Shown piece by piece: positions 1-12,427 of a DNA stretch of 64,000 nucleotides. Source of the stretch: Spongospora subterranea f. sp. subterranea (lineage: Eukaryota). Each line of letters opens with the position of its first letter. Position 1 is the stretch's first letter. The DNA is taken from assembly GCA_049724395.1 (NCBI GenBank), contig JAUGWO010000128.1, positions 310,001-374,000 on the forward strand, written 5' to 3'. The notes under the pieces were generated by a model. It was not told the origin of the DNA, searched no databases, and was given only the letters and a program-made list of their open reading frames with translations. The position numbers and the translations under genes were made by a program.

Positions 1-464
1 TGATTGTGAAAACGGAAGTTGGTGTGACAGATCCAGAGAACGCCACTTCTCATGTGAAGTATTATCGACTGAGCGTTATCGGCGATCGATATTTGATCGT
101 ATTCTGCGAATAGTTTTCACAAATCAAACGCGGTTTCTCCTTGATCGAATTCTGAATTACCGAGTTCAGCTTTGGGCGGATAGGAGAAGACGGAGGCGCG
201 GGCGTCGGATTGCCTTCTAGTGATCGCTGAGAATTCAGGTGGACCGGCAACGACCTGACATTCTCCACTAGATGTGCACCAGACCAATAAATCGCTATTA
301 TGAAGTGCGGCGATCACCATTGTTCCTGGCAATTTCATAATCAGAAACACGAGGGCGTCAGACGATTGGATTGTTTGACAAACCTGATCGTGAGCAGGAT
401 CCGGCCGCATAACGGGAACCGAACTGCCGTTCGAAGAAGTTTCGGGGACATTTGTGATTGGCAT
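1..464 (-). CDS. Possible 5' exons of a hypothetical spliced gene running off the window start
   Basis: ATG at 464 (MPITNVPETSSNGSS...) followed by plausible GT..AG intron pairs; no recognisable domain. Confidence 0.25.
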
Positions 465-1008
465 ATAATGGGGCGAATCTGGTGCCTGATGTGGCGTAAT
501 CTTGTAGTATTATATAGGGATGGGAGATCGATGAGTTGGATGGATCTACGACAGGATCGTCAACCTAATCGATATAAGCAACAGGGATTGGTTGATCTAA
601 ACATCAACAATACTATTTCATTACATAATGGACAGATGACCAGGGTTTCCTTCGTGGGATCTCGATCGATGTTTGATAGTCGAGACGGAGAATACTGCTG
701 CTCATCATGCCATGACCATGAACGGAATGGAAATGACGATAAAATATCGGTGTACGTATCAGAACACAGTCAACAACACACACAGACCTGTGACTACATC
801 GTCATGAACAATTATTGATCGATAAAAGAGGTTGGAAAAGGGGTAATCACACGCCCAGGAACATCACGAACGACACGAATTAAATAACGGTCCAGGGGAA
901 ATCTCGACTAACACGGCGGGATATGAACTGAGGACTACAGCAACGCCAACAGATAAACGAGATAGTCAATAAATTATATTAGGCGATGATATACACAATA
1001 GGCTACGA

Positions 1009-2954
1009 TTATCTTTCCAGGCACGCCAGCACGAATGATCGATCCGGACTGGAGCGAAGCGTTCTCAGGTCAAAGAAGGTTTTTAAGTTCTCAATGTCGC
1101 TTCCTAGTGTTCCCGAAGGTGGCGGTAATGATAGCAGAACACTGTTCGCAATGTACTTGAGCAGCTTACGTCCTTGACGGCCATAGAACTTGAAAATGCT
1201 AAACGACGATTTGAAATCAATTGTTAGATGAAAAAAAAACCAAAGTATTGACATAACGAACCTGAATTCCGATATTTGTGAGACCTCAAGGAACATGAGT
1301 AAGCAGGGAGCTATTGTCTTTGAAGGTGGGCTGGAGCAGACAGCGGATAACCAATTCCACGTAAAAACAGTACATGCGTTGTCAGAGCGGTGAAGAAATG
1401 AGCAAAACACACGAAGAAGCGCCCTAGGCATAAACAATTTAAAAAAAAACGGGAAGAGCAGAGGGACACACAGGGGCAGATACCTAAGCGATCCTGCTTG
1501 AGCAATATTGAGTTGTACTTCCGGATCTGCCAATATTAATGACGACGGGGGACACTTGGCAAAAAATCCAGCCATTATGAAGACCGACGATCGGGGCAGC
1601 ACTACGTTCAGCTGTGCCCACAACGCCGAAAACCCAGCAGCAAGATCAGGAGATTGGAAAACCTTGTTCTGGACCTGATACCAGTTAGATTGGACAGATG
1701 AGACGGAAATAACCACGGCCCATACTTGTTTGATGAATGACGACGCCATATTACAGAAATGAACGTCCAGAGACGGTGCACGAGACAGAATCGCTGACAG
1801 ATCGGCGACCTATCCAAATCGTATCAAGTAAGTCACGGTGACTGATACGATAACACAAATCTCACGGTAGCAGCAACGGCTGCCTGATTCGGAACAAATC
1901 TGTTTAGAACTTCGTTGACTTGAAGAAAAAGCTCTTTATCAGGAGAAAACGGAGCGGATTTGACCAGTGCTGCCGTTTGCCTAAACATCTCTGCCCTATT
2001 CTGGCAGAACCGTCGCAGCGAATCTCGGTCCTGAAACACTGTTATCAACCTGGGTATCAAAATTCCATTGTTGCAACCCTGAAGCGGACCAATAGGAAGT
2101 AAGGTAGAAGTATCAGTCTCTATACTCTGAATCTGCTCCAGAAAAGCTTGTTTCTGCTGCTCAGCTTTCGCCTTGTTGTCCAAATCTTCTTGCAATAACC
2201 TGGCCCGCTCCAATTCCGCTTTTACCTGGTTATGAGACGTCATTTTTTAAACAGTGCGATGACGCTGCTCAGACGAACCCTCTCCGTTCTTTCCAATTCC
2301 GTTTTGCGTTCGCGTTCTGCTTGCTCTTGACGTTCTCGTTTTTGGTCGTTCAAAACCCTGGATATTGACGCTTCGGCCTGCATTTGGAATTCTTTTCTTT
2401 TGATGTCCCTACGAACAGTGTTAAATAATACTCTTTTAGCTCAGTTCGTTGCAATTACATACAGCTCAGTTTTCAATTGTTCTTCAGCTATCATTGAAGC
2501 GGGATTGCTGAAAGAAAAATCTTTAACGACCTACTGAAAGAACTAGAAACCATTACATGTCAGGAGTTTCTTGCTCTAAACGTAGATTCGCGAGCGCAAA
2601 TATATTCGACAGATTCTCCGCCAATTTTAGAGTGAAATACCGGCCGTGTAGATTTGTTTCTCTTCATGGCCAGCAATGTCTGACTCGCCGCTTCTTGACG
2701 AACCTGGGTGATAATTAAGCGGTGGATAATAGACGGTGATGATTAATTCACCGCGTCATCAATAGACAAGACTCGCTCGCTTGACCATAAAAACAAATCA
2801 CGAGAGGCTGTTTTGGAAGGGGTTTTGGTAATGGCGCTGGAGTCCGATTCATCACCTGGAAGGGATAGTTCAACCTCATCCTCTGAGCTCGGGTAATGAA
2901 CAAGAGGTGCACGGAACGATAGGTCGATGGACCTAATCGCATTCTAAACAACAT
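1009..2954 (-). CDS. GLE1: mRNA export factor GLE1-like (multi-exon)
   Basis: Spliced coiled-coil exons (DIKRKEFQMQAEASISRVLNDQKRERQEQAERERK|VKAELERARLLQ), then GLE1 C-domain-like motifs FIMAGFFAKCP, WNWLSAVCSSPP..APCLLMFLEV and FYGRQGRKLLKYI. Start codon uncertain. Confidence 0.7.
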
Positions 2955-3306
2955 CTAATCAATTGCCGATATCATCAAACCGCCAGGCGATCGATTGCCT
3001 GCAGGGAATATACTGACTTGTGTCTTTAGGCCCGATACGGCCTGGGGAGCCATAGATATGAATATGGTTTTCGTGGCCGTTATCGCTGGATAATACGGCG
3101 CTAAGGTGGTATGCTGTTATTGGTATTGTCTCCCTGGCATGATCCCTCCCAAACCCAGCCCGTTATCTGTATATGTATTGTGAATTAGGCGCCTTCCTCA
3201 ACTACAGTGGTACTAGTATCACACACACATGATCCCTTTCCACAGGCATTATTACGATACACGGACTTATTCTTCACTACAATACACATTTACAATACGG
3301 GCACAA

Positions 3307-3486
3307 TGGCGCCATCAGGAACTTTCGATCATTCAAACTACCCATCAGGAACATTCGATAATTCAAACTACCCATCAGGAACAGTCGATAATTCAAAATA
3401 CACATCAGGAACGTTCGATAATAATTCAAACTATCGAATAGCGCCATCAGGAATATTTGATATACAAACGATAGCGCCAACAGGGA
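3307..3486 (+). repeat. Imperfect 30-bp tandem repeat (ccatcaggaacattcgataattcaaactac), ~4 good + 2 degenerate units
   Basis: Unit starts at 3312, 3342, 3372, 3402; degenerate copies at ~3444 and ~3477. Reads PSGTFDNSNY in one frame. Confidence 0.85.
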
Positions 3487-4586
3487 AGATCACATAGCAA
3501 CGTGGTTGGTACGCCTTTCCTGAATTCAAGGCGATCGCGATCAATGCCAGAACAAGTGGTGGTTATAAGTTTGAGCGATTTTGGAACTGACCAACATTGG
3601 GCCTGATTTAGATTTATCTATGGCTTTATGACGTTTCTGGATACTGACCTGATTTTGCAGGTCTTTGCCTCAGAAACCTTTTGTCTATAAATTGTTACCC
3701 GTACTTTCTAAGTCGGCCTGGGCCTTATCAATGGGAACAGAATGCCATACATCCAAGGCTATGTCACAAAAAAGCTTATCTAGGCATTGACTTTCACCTA
3801 CAAGTTGATCGACAAGTTCGTTAAGCCGCTGGGAGAGATTTTGTTCTTAAAATAAACGATTCCTTCTTCCTAATTCTTCCAAGATAGATCATGTAGAACC
3901 AAATTTGCTTCCAAGCAATTTTCTAAATGTCGCGATTTTTTGCAGATCCTGGGGTCTGTGTTTTCGACAATATGTTGAAAAGAACAAAATACCTCCCAAC
4001 AGCATTTATAAACTTGACATTGCGGTGTGTTACACAAAAATCAGACAATATACTAACTCTTATGCGGCCAAGGCCAAGGGCAAGGTCTCACGCCCTTTTG
4101 AAGCTTAAGAATTAGTGGCGAAATCACCGAAGATTTATTGCTCTGTTTGGCCAAAGCTTCAGCTACACCATCAAAGATATGTGGAAGAAAGTTGGAAAAG
4201 CATCGACGGAAAACCGGTTAAGCTGAATTATTTGTTCAAATCAACCAACAGAAACCAATCACTAGATGGGGTAACCAGCTCATTGGGAGAATGCGGTTCC
4301 ACAATTCCGATCAGAGAGTGATTGGTAGAAAATGAATCCGCTCTTCTGCACGATATGGCTGATTATATCGCCCACACAAATTCATCACGTTGCCGTCGTT
4401 TTTATAGTTAAAAAAAGAACGGTTTGAGCCTTATTTCGATACAGCCCATCGGGAACTTGCCAGTGTTTTGATGATAAATCAGTCACAGTACAGTAACGAC
4501 TGTACGCAGTTGGCCCAAAACCATCACGGACTATTCGGGAAATCCCGTCCGATATCCGAACAGTAATCTGGGTGTGATATTGAAAA

Positions 4587-5779
4587 ATGGTTGCCGACGG
4601 CGCTGACACGGCGTCATCTTCACCAGCACCCGCTACCAAACCAACAACATGTATTGTTATTGGAATGGCCGGCAGTGGCAAAACAACCTTCATGCAACGG
4701 ATCGTGTCTCATCTCGCACAGAAAAACCGTCCATCGTATATCCTGAACCTGGATCCAGCGGTTTCGTCTGTTCCATATCGCGTCAATATCGATATTAGGG
4801 ATACAGTGGATTACAAGTCGGTTATGGAGAATTATAAACTCGTAGGCAGTTTTGCAATATAGGGAGTTCATTGGAACTCATAAATTGTAGGGTCCGAATG
4901 GTGCGATTGTCACCTCTTTGAACCTGTTTTCTACACGATTCGATCAAGTTGTAGATCATATCGAGAAGGCCGCGTCTACGTTGGATTATGTTTTCATAGA
5001 CACTCCTGGACAGATCGAGGTATTCACGTGGTCAGCTTCAGGTGAGAATGGCGAATATTGTTAGTTGATCATTTGCTCATCATTGCCGTCCGAAAGGTCA
5101 AATCATAACTGAATCACTGGCATCGTCTTGCCCAACTGTTATTGTTTATGTAATCGATACCCCTCGTTCGCAAAGCGCTGCCACCTTTATGTCAAATATG
5201 ACATATGCTTGCAGTATTATGTATAAGACGAAGCTGCCATTTCTCATTGTATTCAATAAGATCGATGTTGTCTCTCATCAGTTTGCCGAAGATTGGATGA
5301 ACGATATCGAATTGTTTGAAGAGGCCCTGCAATCAGAAAAGACTTTCATGTCAACGCTGACTAGATCTCTTGCGTTTGTCATGGAGGAGTTTTACAAGAA
5401 TATCAAATGTGTTGGTGTATCATCGATGACAGGTCAAGGTATTGACGAATTCTTTACGTGTTTGGACACATGTGTGGAGGAATACGCGTCAGAGTATCTG
5501 CCGTTCCTCGAAGAGAGGATGCGGGAAAGGCAGGAGGAAGTTAACAAGATAACTGAACAGCGAGTCGAACAGGCTAAAGCTCAGATGGCGGCGCCTGATG
5601 TTGTGATCGATGCTGCTAAGGCGCCGTTAGCTCCTATTGAGGAGGAACCTGAATGTGAGGACTCGGCGGCGACGGATAGCAACGACGAACCATTTGACAA
5701 CTTCGACTATGAACAGGATCGCCGAGATTTTGAAGAATACATGGCGGTGCTCCGTGACCAACAGGAAAAAACGGTCTAA
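4587..5779 (+). CDS. GPN1: GPN-loop GTPase 1 (XAB1/Npa3), 3 exons
   Basis: [10 protein letters not shown]-loop, NLDPAV, splice-joined [49 protein letters not shown]. Confidence 0.95.
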
Positions 5780-6108
5780 GATCCATCCCCATCGATCAGC
5801 CTATCCAATATTGGTCCCGATTAATATTACAGTTCACCTACAGTATTAAACAATCTTCTCATATTCTCAACAATCTCGACCATTTTTCCCCAGTCAGTGG
5901 TGTATGTCCGCGAGCGATGTACACACAGTACACCAGGGGCGGAACTGGTTGGAACGACTGCGGGCTGCCCCCGACTTGGTGCTGTTGTCCCAGTGTACAT
6001 ATGTGAATAGTGACTACCCCTGTGCCCCAGGTGCTACGGGCTACCCCTCATTCCGTATTGCCATCATCCTCGTGCAGGAGATCATTTCCCTCTCTGGTCT
6101 GGTCAGGC

Positions 6109-8861
6109 ATGAGACTTTTACAATATGTTCATCGCCATTCCTCCTCCGTAATAAGGCGCTGCTTTTCGGTATGCGATATGCCTGCTATCGAAAGGATCAG
6201 GAATATTGCTATTGTTGCGCACGTCGGTACGTAATTTTCGTAGTAGGCTGCATCATGAACAAACTACTGAGAAATGTATTGCTAGATCATGGAAAAACGA
6301 CGCTTGTGAACGAGTAATCGAAATGAATATGGTAGATGTTTGAACCGAACTCATATTGCATATTTGTGTGTTAGAATGTTACTTCAAGCTGGATGCCAAA
6401 TTACTGGTGACCGAGTCATGGACAATATCGCGCTGGAGAAGGAACGAGGTTGTGTTTGCTTTTCATACTACGTCGCCATATCTGAACTTGATATTTCAGG
6501 AATTACAATCATGTCAAAATGCACCAGGCTCCAGTATAAGGGTCACGTCTTGAACGTTGTAGATACCCCTGGCCACTCTGATTTTGGAGGGGAGGTGGAA
6601 CGGATTATATCAATGGTTGAGGGCATCGTCCTTGTGGTATGATTCTTTCATCCATGTGCATTTGCCTCTGTTAAGTTTTTAAAGGTGGACGCTTCGGAAG
6701 GTCCCATGCCGCAAACAAAATTTGTATTAAGCAAGGCTTTGAAAGCTAATCTATTGCCTATCGTTGTCGTGAATAAAGTCGATCGTCCAGCTCGACGTGT
6801 TCCAGGTGGTGTCGAAAATGAAGTTTTCGATTTGGTGACCATAATTGTTAGTACGAATGAGGATTTACTTTAATTATGTTTTCATAGTTCGTCAATTTGG
6901 ATGCAAATGACGCCCAGCTGGAATTCCCCATCCTATACTGCTCGGCCAAACAAGGTTGGGCCGTATCGGACCTTGCAGATGTAAATCAACGAAAATCTCA
7001 TCTTGCCAAAAAGTTAAGACCTTTTTAGGAAAAACGATCCGGCAAAGACCCTGATACCATTGTTTGATGCTATTATCTCCCACATACCGGCGCCGTCGGT
7101 TTCTAGAGAGGACCCTTTTCGAATGCTTGTCACATCTATCGAACAAGATTCATACGTTGGCCGTGTTGTTACTGGAAAGGTATGCTTGATTCAAACAACC
7201 AGAGCTGCATGTTTTTCATTTCATGATCAGGTGTATGGGGGAATCGCCAAGGTTGGAGACTTTATCCGATGCCTTGACAGATCTGGCACAGTTGTTGCCG
7301 AGGGCAAGATTACCCGACTAATGTCTCGGGAGGGACTTTCCCGAGTTGGTACGTTGGGTTTTATTGCCGGCTTGACATCAATGACACTTTGATCTGCAGA
7401 GCTTGAATATGCTGGAGCCGGCGATATTGTATCTCTTGCTGGATTGAGGGCTGGGGTCACTGATACAGTAGCGTCTGCGGAAGTTGTCGAACCTATCAAA
7501 TCTCTTCCTTTGGACCCACCTACGATTTCCATGACCTTTTCCGTGAATGATGGTGACTACCTATTGCATTTCTGTAGTAGTATTGTTCAAAGGTGTCCTA
7601 GGTCCATTAGCTGGCCAAGACGGTAATCAGTTGACATCAACCGTAATTAAAAATCGATTGGTAAATTGCTGTGCCGCCGTTTCATGCTGTTTTCTAACGT
7701 CTTTCAGAATAAGGAATGTGAAAATAATGTCGCGATTGTGCTGCGCCCTGGCACTTACAGTAGCGAAAGTGTTGAAGTGCAGGTAGTGTTCCGTTTTCTT
7801 GAATTTTCAAAGGCGTTACAATTGTACATTTCAGGGAAGAGGGGAATTACAAATGGGTATTCTCATTGAGCAAATGCGGCGTGAAGGATTTGAGCTATGT
7901 GTTTCTCCTCCCCGCGTTTTGTTCCGAACAGATCCTGAGACAGGACATGTTCAGGAGCCATGGGAGGAGGTAATAACTGCTTGGTAATTTGTCGCAGTAT
8001 ATCAAATCGATATGATCTTAGGTCACAATTGACGTTGAAAAAGAATATGACAGTTGCGTAATTGATAAAATGCAACGCCGCGGAGCCACATTATTAGAAT
8101 ACAATTCTGACAATGATAGTCGGTCGCGTTTGATATTCCATATTCCATCGCGCCTCCTTTTAGGGTATAGAAACGAGTTTCAGACAGACACCCGAGGAAA
8201 TGGTATGTTTTTAGATCCAATCGTTATATTCATCGCGATAATTGTCCAATCTATCAGGAATCATGTGCTCAGCTTTCCATTCGTATCAAAGAAAAGCCGA
8301 CGTTTCCAATCAAGACCGAAAGGGTGTTCTCGTTTCTCAAGGTGAGTTTGTATCCCTGCATGTGTAGAACTGCAATGATAATGAAAAAATCAGCCCGCGG
8401 GGAGTCAACAGCATATGCCCTCGCTTCTCTTGAAGCACGAGGCATTCTTTTTATTGGGTATTATTGCCTCTATCTTGTGGTGTGAACATAACGTAACCGT
8501 GTTTTCCAGACCTGGAGAGACATGTTATGAAGGAATGATTATTGGTGAAAATAATCGAGAACAGGATTTAGATGTAAATCCAGTTCGAGCAAAAAAACTG
8601 ACAAATATTCGGTCGGCTGGTTCGGATGACGCAGGTAACAAGTACTCGAAATCAAATTCTGCTATATCAACCAACGTTGGATCTACAGTTCGCCTCGCTC
8701 CGCCACGAGCAATGCCAATTGAGAAGGCATTAACATATATACTGGAAGATGAGATGGTGGAGATAACACCAAAACATGTTCGCATTCGCAAGCAGATTCT
8801 TGATCCGGCTATGAGGAAAAAGAACGTCCGTCATGCCAAGAGGGACGACGCTCTATGTTAA
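6109..8861 (+). CDS. typA: Translational GTPase TypA/BipA with probable mitochondrial presequence (multi-exon)
   Basis: [109 protein letters not shown]-terminus [20 protein letters not shown] is Arg/Ser-rich. Confidence 0.93.
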
Positions 8862-9101
8862 TTGACGTGAACGCAATGCTCAATCTCGATATAGCAAAAT
8901 TGAATATAATGATAGATAATAATACTTTACAAATAACATTATTGCATAGGTTTTTGCAGCTGGATTAAACAAGAATGATGCCAAAGGGGTTTCCAACGTA
9001 TGTCCAACAAACCTCCGACTTGACCTGTCATGACCATTGACTGTATATTCACGATTTACAAGCGCTAACTTACAGTACAAAAGCGATTATAAAGCAAGAA
9101 G

Positions 9102-11604
9102 CTATTTGACTGCATGAGTAGATGTGTCTCTGGAGAATAGGAACGGCTTCAAAGTCGGGACAAATCTTTCGTTATAGAACTTGATGAGTTTCTACCACAA
9201 AGTTGGCGACAAGAAAAAAAGCTTCATTCGAAACTTACTTGTCCGCTTATATGTTGGAAAACGGAGCGGTATCGACAAATCATTTGATAAGTAGATACAA
9301 GCTGCACCGAGGAATTACTGGCTAATTTTGCAAGCGCAAAGACAGAACAAGCAATGATCACATCCAGACCAACGTCACTTAATAATGGCACTTGAAAACT
9401 GTTAGTGAACATTAGACAGCCGGTTTTCCAAATTTACCTGGGTATTCTTTGATTATATGCTTGATAATAGACATGGAGCGTGATTCGATGGAATCGACCA
9501 TCACAGACCTCGAAATATATTGCAGAGACCTCATGGAAAGAGTATGAGCTGCTCGAACCAGAACACGAAAATGAGCTGAAAAGCACCAAGTCAAAACGAT
9601 TAGCATTCAAGAAAAATGGTAAAGCTTACAATGCTTCTTGGAGCATGTGCCAGATAGCAATGAAGGCACGTCTTTCCAAGCGTAATGAATTATAAACAAT
9701 TGATAAAGCCCAAAGAAATGGTTTCGAATCTGGTCATCGTTGATTACGGACGACGCCAAAATGTTCCGCATGACGCTGACGCATTCTAACGCAGAAATTT
9801 CAAAACTGGATATTAACCTATGGTCGTGAATTATACATATTGATATCCAGACAAACAATATCTTACTCCTCCTGTGAAGATATATTAATCCTGTATGCAC
9901 CAACGACGATCTACACATAATCCCATTAGTTTTTTGAACGAAATCAGAAGTGTAAGTCCTAACCTGTGTGGAGCAGTATAGCAGCGTTGTTTGAAATGTT
10001 CTTGAATCCAGCCAGTAGGAAAGGTCACATCTATTATCTGCGTCAGACTGAAGAGACAGTTCATGGCGAACCAAACTATCTAGCAAAAAGAAAAACAGCT
10101 GTATCGATAAATCGCAGCGATGCACAATGATGCTGGGATCGTGGGAGCCATATCGAAAGTCACGCTAATACAGTAAAATTTAGAAAAACAGCCATTGAAA
10201 TCACATTTTACAAACATTCTTATGGGCTTGCAAAACATCATTCAGACGAGTTTCAGAAAACGAAGGCCAGACGTCAATACATAGTTGAGAGAGTTTTGCC
10301 CCCGTCAACTGAGAATGGCTTGAGAGCCAAGAAACAGACTGCATCATGAGAGAAACCTGACGGAAATTGTCAAAACGGATTATGCATCAAACAGAGTTTT
10401 TACTGGTGTACTGGCTGTCGCTTTTATAGGTGAACGAGTAACAGGAAAAAGTTCAGGATCTAGTCGACAACCACAATTTTGTTTCAACTGAGCTGAAAAA
10501 ACAACACGTCCGTCCAAAAGCCAACATGACGGTACTGTTGAAAAATGAGTAACGATAGAAAGTTGAAAAGCTTGACTATGGACAACCTGCGTCTTTGGCG
10601 CAAATGATCATATCGATGTGACGCCCAAGTTCAGCTGCAGATTCCACTAGGTCGTCATCATGCCAAACGCCCTGATCGACCAAGCGTTGTATAACAAGAT
10701 TAAATAGGCTCTCACTGATTCCAGATATATTATCAGTGATAGGAACCATTTCACTAATTAATTGTCAGATAGGTTTGCATTAACAAACTGGAGATTACGC
10801 TTGTCTGATTGGCGTCCGAAGAGACGCAAGTTTCTCAATAACAGCTGTGAGGACGGTGAAAAGGCGGTAGAGGTCTTCTGAACACTTTGAAGTATATGTC
10901 ACGCTTAATTCAGCTCGCAAACACAGAAACAGCAGCCACCCGCATGCAAATAATGTAGCTGACTGACAGTCAGAAACAAACCATGCGTTTCTAGATAACT
11001 GACCCACACACTCGTCTTCTGATGTCGACCATCTGGAAATGAACATCGATTCGTATTTGCAGTACAGAACCCAAAGCTGAATCGACCCGACCACAAAAGC
11101 GCGTGCTTCAACGAGAAATTGGTCTGTGAGATGGGACCCGAACTCTTCTGTACTAAACATGAGTAAAGCAAAGCAGCTTGTAATTGAACGGACCGATAAA
11201 AACACTCATATCCTTGCAAAAATCAACAATTCTAAGCTTAGAAAACTGCAATAACGACGTTGCATGCAGCTGCCCATGTTCACCAAAAAAATGAATGGCC
11301 TCAAGCAAAGCACAGTATGGGATTAACGACCCATATCCCTACAATATCATCGGAGTTAAGAACAAAAATTGGAAAACCCTAGGGTCTTTGAACGATTGTG
11401 CTTCTAACGCACCTGTTGGATGAATCCACGGCGACGTTTCGCTTCTTTCGACCACTCGTACGCCCTGTCAATAACCCGACCTGACACGTTGAATTGCGCT
11501 TGCAGCCATGCGATGGTGGTATCAACCTCACTCATGCAGTCCCCATGCTCGGGCGACGCCGTGGCTGTAGGATCGTCCATGGGTATTGTAATCATGGGCA
11601 CCAT
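9102..11604 (-). CDS. Divergent retinoblastoma-family pocket protein (multi-exon; last exon uncertain)
   Basis: Pocket-B-like segments VLVRAAHTLSMRSLQYI, LLSDVGLDVIIACSVFALAKL (cf. [21 protein letters not shown]) and KLIKFYNERFVPTLKPFL (cf. IIVFYNSVFMQRLKTNI). Pocket-A-like FQTTLLYCSTQ. Confidence 0.55.
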
Positions 11605-12427
11605 TTACCCAAGATGAGATAGTTCGCTATAATGACGAATATGAAATGATCCCTCGACTTTCCCCCTTGTTTGTGTTTCTCAGCAAAGGTCGGGTTGACT
11701 TCCAGTGACCTGACAGCCTTACACCTGTGTATCGTCAACAGGTGCAGGGGTGGAATACCGCGCAAAAATCTGCAGTCCTACGCAATCTGTGTAACACCAA
11801 ACACTCTCCGCAACATCGTCGAAAATGTGGATTGAAGTCGATTTCCGGATAGGTGTGAAGAGGAAAGAAGAATGGAACTCAGGGGATATTCACTGCGACC
11901 TCAGGAAGACTCGATTTGTTTTCTCAGCACAATTTAAAAAATCAGAAAGGGTTTATAGGATCAGATTTTGAATACGGCATGTTTGTTCAAGAGGCCGGCG
12001 CCTCTCAGCCTCAGTATCAGCAATGCAAATAAAACACCAACAACAGATGCTGAAATATGTGCAAGTTAAATGATACAAATAGTGCCATCAATCATTTCCA
12101 CTAAGTGGGACGCCACCTTCACATTTCAAAATTTTGTTTTGATCGAGAACTAAATATCACACACTGACCCGACAATGCACGACACGATTTCTCGCTTTGT
12201 CAACGAGGATGACCAAACCGAAAGCAGCAGTTGCGATTGCCGACGACAGTCAGTCGGAAATGGACTGGAAATGGTATGGCGAGGCGGCCTTTCCCGTGTA
12301 CTGTACAGAGTCCCCAAGTTGCGCATTAATCTATGATCGTTATTATGGGGCAAAGCGCCGGTCACTGTTGAACCGACACGGAGTTTCGGTCCCAGGTTGA
12401 ACTCATACGATCGGTGGTAATATTGTG

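Noticed and set aside
1009..1749. DIRS-type RNase H (HRSDNACTV resembles the SDN motif)
   Set aside because: Surrounding motifs and spliced coiled-coil exons fit GLE1 much better; no RT or tyrosine recombinase nearby.
11758..11768. E2F-like site upstream of the Rb-like gene
   Set aside because: Short motif expected by chance; a similar one sits upstream of eIF2B-delta (~28571).
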